From the NCBI GenBank assembly GCA_038230375.1, contig JBBRNJ010000114.1, positions 1-22,663 of the forward strand: DNA of 22,663 nucleotides, read 5' to 3'. This DNA is from Polyangiales bacterium (GTDB taxonomy: Bacteria; Myxococcota_A; Polyangia; Polyangiales; Polyangiaceae). Under the pieces are notes generated by a model that was not told the origin of the DNA, made no database searches, and was given only the letters and a program-made list of their open reading frames with translations. Made by a program: the position numbers and the translations under genes. Positions 1 to 7,428 of this stretch are shown one piece after another; positions within the stretch are counted from its first letter, which is position 1, and the number at the start of each line of letters is the position of its first letter.

Positions 1-130
1 GCCGGCGCCAGTCGCGCCACCCGCTGCCCCGCCAGTTGCGCCACCGGTCGCACCGCCTGCTGCACCGCCGGTCGCGCCGCCAGTTGCGCCACCGGTCGCA
101 CCGCCTGCTGCACCGGCGGTCGCACCACCG
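1..130 (-). repeat. 12-bp-period coding repeat (GGAT/GGAA tetrapeptides) containing a 39-bp exact duplication at 48-bp spacing
   Basis: ccgccagttgcgccaccggtcgcaccgcctgctgcaccg at 29-67 and 77-115. Confidence 0.85.
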
Positions 131-1224
131 GCCGTGCCGCCGCCCGGGCACACGGGGATGTCGTCGTCGCAGGACTTGCCGTCGCCGCCGCCATGGTCAG
201 CCGTGGCGACTCCGTTTGCGGTCGAGTGATCGGCGTCGTCCGCGTCGAGGCCGTCACCCGTGCATTCGCTCTCCGGCATCGCGCTGCCATCGGGGCGGCA
301 GAGCGGCGCCTCGGAGTCACTGCACTCGCCGCTCGACGGCGCGGGTGTGCTCGTGGCCGCTGTGTCGTCCGGGACGCGGTTGCCCGGCTCGCAGTAGCGG
401 ATGTCGAGGTGGTCGGTCTGGGTGCCACCGCCCGTGTTCGTCCAAGTCACGAAGATGCGGTCGCGGCCCACGTCACGGTTGCCCTGGTGCGAGCAGTCAG
501 CCGCGGTGATCACGAACGGCGCGTTCGCGGAGAGCTCCGCCAGATGGTAGCTGGGGTTGTCCATCGTGACCGTCACGATGCTTGCCGGCGCCGGGCCTTC
601 GAGCAGGAATGCGTCCACGAGGCGGAACGTCTGCCCGACCTGCGGCTTCACGTCGTACGGGAGCTTCGCCTCTCCGGGGATCTTGCATGTCGAAGCGCTG
701 CCACCGTTCGTTCCTGGATCCGTACTTGCGCTGGAGGCGGGGTCACTCCCGCCGCCGGAAGAGGACGACGTGTCACCTCCGCCGCCGCCACCAGAGGAGC
801 TGCCGCCGTGGTCTTGCGTGGTGACGGTGCTCGCGGATGTTGCGGTGCTGCCCGTGGGGCGAACCGTGCCGAGATCGAACGTGCTCTTCGACGGCTTGCC
901 CCACACCACGCCGCCTGCCCAGTGAAGCTCGGAGAGACCGACGTAGCTGCGGTCCGCGCGCGTCGAGGCGAGCACGAAGCGGTAGCTGTCATTGGTGGGT
1001 AGCGACACCTTGAAAGCCCCAGTGCGCATGACCGGCGCGACGAACACCCGACCGGACGCGCCACGCGAAATGACGACGGGGTTGTCGATGCCGCTGTATG
1101 CGGAGAGGGCGATGGTCCCGGAGATCGTGCTCGTGTTGTCGTTCGTGGCGGGCGTCTTTGAGCCGTTGCACGCAGCGACCGCGGGGACTGCCAGCAGAAG
1201 AGAGAGGAGCGCGAGACGGGACAT
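1..1224 (-). CDS. Secreted lipoprotein, Ser/Gly/Cys-rich, with GGAT/GGAA-repeat region; 3' end lies beyond the window
   Basis: Absent from the ORF track (no stop in window). Manual translation from ATG at 1224: MSRLALLSLLLAVPAVAA-C-NGSKTPATND (lipobox), open to base 1. GGAGG lies just upstream. Confidence 0.85.
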   Translation of the reverse strand, partial: MSRLALLSLLLAVPAVAACNGSKTPATNDNTSTISGTIALSAYSGIDNPVVISRGASGRVFVAPVMRTGAFKVSLPTNDSYRFVLASTRADRSYVGLSELHWAGGVVWGKPSKSTFDLGTVRPTGSTATSASTVTTQDHGGSSSGGGGGGDTSSSSGGGSDPASSASTDPGTNGGSASTCKIPGEAKLPYDVKPQVGQTFRLVDAFLLEGPAPASIVTVTMDNPSYHLAELSANAPFVITAADCSHQGNRDVGRDRIFVTWTNTGGGTQTDHLDIRYCEPGNRVPDDTAATSTPAPSSGECSDSEAPLCRPDGSAMPESECTGDGLDADDADHSTANGVATADHGGGDGKSCDDDIPVCPGGGTAGGATAGAAGGATGGATGGATGGAAGGATGGATGGAAGGATGAG

Positions 1225-1287
1225 GTGACCTCCGGGTTGGTTGAGAGCGGAGCCGCCATAGGCTCCTGGTCTCACCATGCCGATGTC

Positions 1288-1315
1288 AGAGGGGGTGACC
1301 CCGCCGTTCGTTACA
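1288..1315 (-). promoter_or_regulatory. Putative ECF-sigma promoter for the leftward lipoprotein
   Basis: Minus strand TGTAAC-N12-CACCCCCTCT; AAC in the -35 element is typical of ECF promoters; mirrored by a near-identical plus-strand copy. Confidence 0.6.
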
Positions 1316-1324
1316 AGAAATCGT

Positions 1325-1352
1325 TGCAACCTTTCTGACCCCCACCCCCACT
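1325..1352 (+). promoter_or_regulatory. Putative autoregulatory ECF-sigma promoter
   Basis: TGCAAC-N12-CACCCCCACT, ending 14 nt before the in-frame GTG at 1367. Confidence 0.6.
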
Positions 1353-1366
1353 ACCTTTTTGAACCC

Positions 1367-1969
1367 GTGACGGAAGCCGCAGAAAAGAGCTGGAGAGACG
1401 ACCTGGTGCTCGCCAGCCGTTGCGTGGCCGGTGAGCGCGACGCCCAGCGCACACTGTACGAGCGGGAGAAGCGTCGCGTGCACGCCACCCTCTATAGAGT
1501 GTTCGGCTCGAACCAACACATCGAGGACGCGGTGCAGGAAGTCTTCATGCAAGTGTTCCGGGGGCTCGCCGGTTTTCGTGGTGAGTCGTCGCTATCCACG
1601 TGGATCGATCGCTGTGCGGTGCGCCTGGCATACGTGTACCTGACGACGAAGAAGCGGAAGACACAGCACCTGGAGCTGGTGAACGATGTGGCGTCCACCG
1701 ACCCTTCCGCGGAAAGGCGCGCGCTGGCGCGTGAGGCGGCGCGGCGGCTCTACACGGAGCTCGATCGCATAGAGCCAAAGCAGCGCATCGCGTTCACGCT
1801 CGCGGAGATCGAGGGGCACACGCTGGCCGAAGTCGCCGAGATGATGGAAGCCACGGTGGTGGCAACGAAGGCACGCGTGTGGCGTGCGCGGAAAGAGCTG
1901 GAGTCGCGGGCAAGCAAGGATCCCGTGCTCCGGGGGTTCCTCGTCGGAGGAGAAGAGGCAGCATCATGA
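1367..1969 (+). CDS. ECF-family RNA polymerase sigma-70 factor
   Basis: Region 2 (EDAVQEVFMQVFRGLAGFRGESSLSTWI) and region 4 HTH (GHTLAEVAEMMEATVVATKARVWRAR). GTG 1367 preferred over ATG 1277 because the putative promoter lies at 1325-1352. Confidence 0.93.
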   Translation: MTEAAEKSWRDDLVLASRCVAGERDAQRTLYEREKRRVHATLYRVFGSNQHIEDAVQEVFMQVFRGLAGFRGESSLSTWIDRCAVRLAYVYLTTKKRKTQHLELVNDVASTDPSAERRALAREAARRLYTELDRIEPKQRIAFTLAEIEGHTLAEVAEMMEATVVATKARVWRARKELESRASKDPVLRGFLVGGEEAAS

Positions 1970-2988
1970 AAGGCATGAAGCCACTCAAGGACAGGATTCC
2001 GGTCGAGCCGCTCAGCGACGCCCGGTGGAACAAGCTCGACGAGGCGGTATTTGCCGAGATCGAGGCCCGCGCCTCCGGAGCGGACCGGGAGCGTCAGGGG
2101 GACCCCGCGAAGCTCGCGAGCATCGCCGCGCCTTCGCCATCTCGCTCGAACGTGCGACGGATCATGTTCATCGCATCAGGCTTCGCGGTCGCCGCGATCG
2201 TGCTCGCGTTCGTGCTCAAGGGCGTCCTCTCACCGGAGTCGTCGCAGCTGGGAGCAAACCCCTCACACATCGAGACGGGCGATGGGCCTTCCCGCCTCGC
2301 GATCGGAGACTCCTCCGTGGAGGTGTCGCCAAATAGCGCAGTCGTTGCCAGCGGGGACGCGGAGCACGGCGTGCTCGTGGTGCTGGAGAAGGGCCGCGTC
2401 GAGTGCGAGGTCGCGCCGCGCAAGGGCCGTCCACCGTTCGTCGTGCAGGCGGGCGACGTTCGCGTACGCGTAGTGGGCACGCGGTTCGCGGTGGAGCGCA
2501 GCGCAAAGGAAGTGCGCGTGAAGGTCTCGCACGGCGCAGTGGAGGTCTCCGGCGCATCGGAGACGGTGCTCCTGCACGATGGTGAGTCGTGGCCCTCCGC
2601 GACGACCGGCATGCTGCCATCTTCGGCGCCGCCGCCTTCTGCCGTGCTTGCGCCGTCGGACACTGCCGCCGTTGCCCCCAGCGCGCCCACCCACGCTCCT
2701 CACAGTCCGCAGGCTCCGCAGATCGCGCCGCAGGTGTCCGATCAGCGCGCATACGAAAATGCTGCGCGTTCGGAGGCGAAGGATCCGGACGCCGCGATGA
2801 GCTCGTACAGGAGGCTCGCTGCGGGAAATGGCCAGTGGGCGGCTCCGGCGCTGTTCGCCGCAGGGCGGCTGGCGGCAGATCGCGGTCGCAATGCAGAGGC
2901 GCGGCGAGTCCTCGAGAGCTACCTGTCGCGTTATCCGCGCGGTCCCAATGCGGACGATGCGCGGGGGATCCTCGGTCGGCTACAGTGA
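1966..2988 (+). CDS. FecR-domain transmembrane anti-sigma factor with C-terminal TPR-like helices
   Basis: ATGA overlap with sigma stop; TM IMFIASGFAVAAIVLAFVL; FecR motif PFVVQAGDVRVRVVGTRFAV; Pro/Ala linker; TPR-like end EARRVLESYLSRYPRGPNADDAR. Confidence 0.88.
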   Translation: MKGMKPLKDRIPVEPLSDARWNKLDEAVFAEIEARASGADRERQGDPAKLASIAAPSPSRSNVRRIMFIASGFAVAAIVLAFVLKGVLSPESSQLGANPSHIETGDGPSRLAIGDSSVEVSPNSAVVASGDAEHGVLVVLEKGRVECEVAPRKGRPPFVVQAGDVRVRVVGTRFAVERSAKEVRVKVSHGAVEVSGASETVLLHDGESWPSATTGMLPSSAPPPSAVLAPSDTAAVAPSAPTHAPHSPQAPQIAPQVSDQRAYENAARSEAKDPDAAMSSYRRLAAGNGQWAAPALFAAGRLAADRGRNAEARRVLESYLSRYPRGPNADDARGILGRLQ

Positions 2989-2992
2989 CGTG

Positions 2993-4063
2993 ATGCTGGT
3001 GCGGACTCGGGCCTCTTCGTTCGCGGTTGCGTGTGTTGTCTTGCTCGCGCTCTGTGCGAGTCCTGCGCGCGTTTCGGCGGCGGAGTCGGGTCGTGTGCTC
3101 GTCATCGGCGGGGGACCTTCTTTCCGCGATGCAGTCGCCGTCGTCCTGACTCCGTGGAGGCTTTCGGTATTGCCCGCCGACCTTCCGGCGCCGCGCGGTG
3201 TCATGCCTCGCGCTGCGGACGAGGCGCGCGCGCTTGGGCAGCGCTTCAACGCCGTCGGCGTGGTTTGGGTGTCGTCGGAGGACCGCGAGTTCGCGCTCTT
3301 CATCTACGACGCGAAGACCGACCAGATCGTCTCTCGCGCGCTGGACAGAGGGCCACCCTTCGACGCGCCCACCGCCGCGTCGCACGCATTGAGCGTGAAA
3401 TCGCTCCTCCGCGCCAGCACCGTCGCGCCTCCCGAGGAGCGCATCGGCGCGCCTGCGCCCGCACCGCCGCATGACACCGGACTGGAGCGCACGGAGCCTT
3501 CGCATGACGACGTCGAGCACGCCGCGTCTTCCGCGCAGCCATTCGAGGCGCCGCTCCTCCGCGCGGAGCTCGCGGGTGGCGCGCGTGTCGTCGCCGACTC
3601 GCCGGACGCGCGCCTCGCCGCGGGCGTGAGCCTGTGGCCGGATGCTCGCCGCCGCTTCGGCATTGGCGTCGAGGCGCAGGTCGGTCCCGGCCTCTCCATC
3701 GCGCAGGACCGCTTCACCGGTCGTTTCAGCGAGGTGGGCGTTGCCACGAACGCGCGCTTCCGCCTGCCCCTCTCGCGCCGTCTCGACCTGGTTCCCCGTG
3801 CTGGGCTGGGGCTCCACGCGACCCAGATCCAGGGGGTTGTCGTGAAAACGTCGGAGGCGGCCGACGAGTCCCGCCTGGATGGCTCGCTCGATCTTGGCGC
3901 CACGCTCGATCTTGCGGTGGCGCGCTCCATGCGCGTAGGGCTGGATTTGAATGCATCGTACATGCTTCGGTTCCAGCGCTACCTGGTGCAGAATGCATCC
4001 GTCCTGGAGTTGCGGCCGCTGTCCGGCGGGCTTGCGCTGCGGCTCTCCACGGGGCTGCTTTGA
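2993..4063 (+). CDS. Secreted protein with N-terminal domain, Pro linker and probable C-terminal outer-membrane beta-barrel
   Basis: Signal peptide (FAVACVVLLALCASPARVSA); alternating amphipathic strands (FGIGVEAQVG, LDLVPRAGLGLH, MRVGLDLNASY); starts 4 nt after the anti-sigma stop (GTG 2990 is an alternative). Confidence 0.7.
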   Translation: MLVRTRASSFAVACVVLLALCASPARVSAAESGRVLVIGGGPSFRDAVAVVLTPWRLSVLPADLPAPRGVMPRAADEARALGQRFNAVGVVWVSSEDREFALFIYDAKTDQIVSRALDRGPPFDAPTAASHALSVKSLLRASTVAPPEERIGAPAPAPPHDTGLERTEPSHDDVEHAASSAQPFEAPLLRAELAGGARVVADSPDARLAAGVSLWPDARRRFGIGVEAQVGPGLSIAQDRFTGRFSEVGVATNARFRLPLSRRLDLVPRAGLGLHATQIQGVVVKTSEAADESRLDGSLDLGATLDLAVARSMRVGLDLNASYMLRFQRYLVQNASVLELRPLSGGLALRLSTGLL

Positions 4064-5022
4064 TGGGCGCCTCGCGGGCGGCGCTCGTGGTCGTCGTGTC
4101 GTGCGTCGCCGCCCTTGCCTTTGGCGCGTGTGGTCGTGAGGACATAGAGCTGTCGCACGTACCGCAGTCTTCGGATGCCGCGACGGAGACCGGTGCGGGC
4201 AGTGGCGAGGGTGGCAGCTTCGGCGAGGGAGGCTTCTCGGCCTGCAGTCACGATGCGGGCCCTCGTCCCTGCCACGGCGTGAGCGAGACGTGCTCGCTGG
4301 ATGGCGAGTGTTGCTCGGGCCGCTGCGAGTCCGGCACGTGCATGCCGAAGGGAACATGTGCGCTGCCCGGCGCAACGTGCACCACCCGCGCGGAGTGTTG
4401 CAGCGGTTCGTGCGAGCCGGCGCCCGGCCTTGGCATCCGGCAGTGCAAGGACTTCTGCAAGCGCGATGGAGAGTCGTGCGCCGTGGCCCAGGACTGTTGC
4501 TCCGTCGGTTGCAGCGGCGGCGTCTGCGGCCAGAGCCTCTGCACGCGCGAGGGGGACGATTGCGTCACCGGACAGACGTGCTGCTCTGGAACGTGCGGCG
4601 TCGACAAGAAGTGCGCGCTCGACACGAGCGCAGGATGTCGCGCGACCGGTGAGGACTGCAACTCCGGTGGTGGCCCGGGCTGCTGCGCGCTCTGCGTGAA
4701 CAACAGCTGCGACCTGGGGCCCGGCGCATGCAGATCGGTGGGGGCGCCGTGTGGCGTCGCGGGAGATTGTTGCAGTGGCGCCTGCACGCAGGCCGCGGGC
4801 AACTTGAAGCGATGCTCGGGGGCGTGTGGCGCCGCGGGCACCGCGTGCCAGACCACGGCGGACTGCTGCACGGGCACGTCGTGCACCGGCTCGCCGGCCA
4901 CGTGCGGGGTGCCAGCAAGTGTGTGTAAACTACAAGGAGATCAGTGTGGCGGGGACGGCGAGTGCTGCTCCGTGCAGTGCCTGTTCGGTCGCTGCGGCGA
5001 CAACTGCCCCATCGTGAAGTAG
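4063..5022 (+). CDS. Cysteine-rich lipoprotein with 8 tandem six-Cys (C-C-CC-C-C) modules
   Basis: TGATG overlap; lipobox LAFGA-C; modules such as CHGVSETCSLDGECCSGRCESGTC and CKLQGDQCGGDGECCSVQCLFGRC. Confidence 0.88.
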   Translation: MGASRAALVVVVSCVAALAFGACGREDIELSHVPQSSDAATETGAGSGEGGSFGEGGFSACSHDAGPRPCHGVSETCSLDGECCSGRCESGTCMPKGTCALPGATCTTRAECCSGSCEPAPGLGIRQCKDFCKRDGESCAVAQDCCSVGCSGGVCGQSLCTREGDDCVTGQTCCSGTCGVDKKCALDTSAGCRATGEDCNSGGGPGCCALCVNNSCDLGPGACRSVGAPCGVAGDCCSGACTQAAGNLKRCSGACGAAGTACQTTADCCTGTSCTGSPATCGVPASVCKLQGDQCGGDGECCSVQCLFGRCGDNCPIVK

Positions 5023-5166
5023 CGGCGAAGGGAAGTCGCGAAGGGGGCGTCGTCGGCGCTGGGGCCACGCAGCCTGCTCCGTGCGCGGCCGCCACGACCG
5101 TGGCATTCGTGCGCGCGCCGCGGTGAGAACAGGCTGAAAAACGCTGAAGATCGCATCGCCGGGCGG

Positions 5167-5182
5167 TGGCACTGCGATTGCT
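5167..5182 (+). promoter_or_regulatory. sigma54 (-24/-12) promoter
   Basis: TGGCAC-TGCGA-TTGCT, an exact match to TGGCAC-N5-TTGCW, intergenic, 44 nt before ATG 5227. Confidence 0.8.
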
Positions 5183-5226
5183 TCGATGGATCGCGGCGAG
5201 AGGACTCGCCGTACGTGGAGGATGTC

Positions 5227-5613
5227 ATGAAGCTCAGCGCGCGGACTCTTGGTGTTGTCAGGATGCTCGTAGTCATTGGCTCCGTGTCGGGTTGCGTCGC
5301 CGGCGTTCGTGCTGAGCCCATGCCTCCTCCGGAGCCGGTCTACGTCACCGCGGAGACCGTTCCGGTCGACATCGAGACCTACCCCGCCACCAACCACGAC
5401 GGACACGCGGTGTTCCTGTGGAACGAGCGCTGGTACTACCGACATGAGGGCCGCTGGGTCTACTACCGGCACGAGCCGGAGGAACTCCACCGGCACCGTC
5501 AGAGCGTTGGCCACGCGCCGCCTTCGCAGCAACATCCGCCGCGCGAAGAAGACCGCGACGGCAACAAGCATGGCGAGGGCCGCGAGGACCGACACGGCGA
5601 GGGACGTCGCTGA
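5227..5613 (+). CDS. Small hypothetical lipoprotein with Trp/Tyr-rich core and His/Arg/Glu-rich tail
   Basis: GGAGG upstream; lipobox-like VSG-C; internal YYRHE duplication (WYYRHEGRWVYYRHEP). Confidence 0.7.
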   Translation: MKLSARTLGVVRMLVVIGSVSGCVAGVRAEPMPPPEPVYVTAETVPVDIETYPATNHDGHAVFLWNERWYYRHEGRWVYYRHEPEELHRHRQSVGHAPPSQQHPPREEDRDGNKHGEGREDRHGEGRR

Positions 5614-5663
5614 GCGCTGCGCCCATCCTTGTCTTGTGATGTACTCCCTGGCGGAGCTGTCAC

Positions 5664-6416
5664 ATGCCGAAGACGAAGAGCGCGAAGACGAAGAGCGCGA
5701 AGACGAAGAGCACGAAAGCGAAGGCAGTCACCGAGGGTGGGTTCGAGGGCTTCCTCGACGAGGGAAAGTTCTGGAAGGCGCTCGCGAAGAACCAGGACCG
5801 CGACTGGTTCATGTCGCACAAGGCCGAGTTCGAAGACGGCTGGAACAAGCCCATGAAGGCGCTCCTGCATGACGTGCAGGTTAAGATCGACGCGGCGTAC
5901 CAGCACTGCGATCTGGATCCGCCCAAGGTGTTCCGCATCTTTCGCGACGTGCGCTTCTCCAAGGACAAGACCCCGTACAAGACGCACATCGCGGGCATGA
6001 TCCCCGTGAAGCGCAACGCGAATGTGATGGAGACGCCCGTCGCCCTCTACTTCCACGTCGGGGTGGAGACCGCGGTCGCCGCTGGCCTCTACATGATGGA
6101 TGGTCCCGTGCTCGCCCGGTATCGCGCGGCCGTCGTCGACGAGAAGCGTGGCAAGGAGCTCGCGCAGATCCTGACCAGGCTCGAGCGCGCAGGCTTCGGC
6201 ACTGGCACGATGCACCACGACGTCCTCAAGAAGGTACCCAAGGGATTTGACCCCGAGCATCCGCGCGCGGAGCTCTTGAAGCGCAAGGGACTGGGTGTCT
6301 CGTTCCCCGCGCCACCGAGATCACTGCTCACCTCCGCCAAGCTCACGGCGTGGCTCGTGGAGCACGCAAAGAAGGCGGTGCCGCTCGTGGAGTGGCTCGT
6401 GTTCGCGACCGCGTGA
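5664..6416 (+). CDS. DUF2461 (TIGR02453) family protein with Lys-rich N-terminal extension
   Basis: Family signatures NQDRDWFMSHK, FRIFRDVRFSKDKTPYKTH, LKKVPKGFDPEHPRAELLKRK. Confidence 0.9.
   Translation: MPKTKSAKTKSAKTKSTKAKAVTEGGFEGFLDEGKFWKALAKNQDRDWFMSHKAEFEDGWNKPMKALLHDVQVKIDAAYQHCDLDPPKVFRIFRDVRFSKDKTPYKTHIAGMIPVKRNANVMETPVALYFHVGVETAVAAGLYMMDGPVLARYRAAVVDEKRGKELAQILTRLERAGFGTGTMHHDVLKKVPKGFDPEHPRAELLKRKGLGVSFPAPPRSLLTSAKLTAWLVEHAKKAVPLVEWLVFATA
5668..5712 (+). repeat. 3 x 15-bp tandem repeat encoding KTKSA-KTKSA-KTKST
   Basis: CGAAGACGAAGAGCG at 5668, 5683 and 5698 (last base differs in the third copy). Confidence 0.9.
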
Positions 6417-7405
6417 GGTATCGCGCCGTCGCATTCGTGCTGGTGCTCTCGTGGCCGCTGTGGTCGCGCGATGCAGCTGCGCAAGAAGGCTGAGCGTCGC
6501 GCGCGGACGCCCCCGACAACCTTTCCTACGTCGCGCCTCGCGAGTGCGCCGATCGCGCCGCCTTCGCTGACACAGTTCGCGCACGCAGCAGCACGCCGAT
6601 CCCACCGCGGTATGCGGTGCAGGTCTCCATTGCGCGTGGAAAGAAGACCTTCCGCGGCAAGCTCGTCGCAAGGGACGAGCACGGGGAGGCGTTCGTGCGC
6701 GATGTGGAGGGGCGCACGTGCGCGGAGATCGTGGACGCGTTGGCGCTCGCGCTCGCGATGGCGATCGAGGTGGAAGAGGACGCGCCCAACGAGAAGGTGA
6801 ACCCGCCGCCAGCGGAGCCCGCGAGCGAGCCGCTCGTCCCGCCGCCGTCGCCGCCGCAGCCAGAGGAGAGCCACGGGCCACCCAAGGTGATGACGGTCTC
6901 CGTGGGGGCCTCGGGACTTGCGGTGGGCGGCTACACGCCCGTGATCGCGGCGGGTGGCTCGGTGTTCGGTGAGGTCTCGGAGTACGGTCTCTCCGCGCGC
7001 CTGTCCGCGAGCTTTGCGCAGAGCAATCCAGTCACGCGCGGCGAGGGCGACTTCCAGACCCGCGCTTCGTTCCTGTGGGGCGCGGGCGTCGTCGATCTGT
7101 GCGCCGCGTTCGTGCGGGGCGTGCGTCTCTCGGTGTGGGGGTGCGGTCGGTTCGAGGCGGGCGCACTGCAGTCATCGTCTTCGATCACGGGGGAGACACT
7201 GGACGCGCACGCGTGGCTCGCGGTCGGCGTCTCCGCGCGCGTGCGCTACGTGGTGTCGGGGCCGTTCTTTCTGGAGCTCTCGCCGTGGCTGTCCGCGCCC
7301 TTCGTCGCGGAGCACTACATCTTTCGCACCGTGACCCAGGTCCATGACGTGCCCATCGTGGTCGGAGGTGGGTCGCTGTCTGCGGGCTTCTCGTTCACGC
7401 GCTGA
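6413..7405 (+). pseudogene. Secreted protein with C-terminal beta-barrel-like domain, interrupted by an in-frame TGA at 6491-6493
   Basis: GTG 6413 overlaps the DUF2461 stop (GTGA) and reads MRYRAVAFVLVLSWPLWSRDAAAQEG*ASRADAPDNLSYVAPRECADRAAF, in the same frame as ORF 6617..7405. Confidence 0.75.
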
Positions 7406-7428
7406 TAGCGGGAGCGTATGATCCCAGC

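Noticed and set aside
193..1259. ORFs 193..1002 (+) and 648..1259 (-)
   Set aside because: Alternative frames over the lipoprotein frame 1224..1, which has a lipobox, an RBS and GC-rich third positions
2216..4375. 719-aa minus-strand ORF
   Set aside because: Arg/Pro-rich antisense shadow of three well-supported plus-strand genes; expected in high-GC DNA
6491..6530. Selenocysteine recoding of the in-frame TGA
   Set aside because: The position is a linker next to the signal peptide with no redox motif, and the 5-bp hairpin is unremarkable at this GC content
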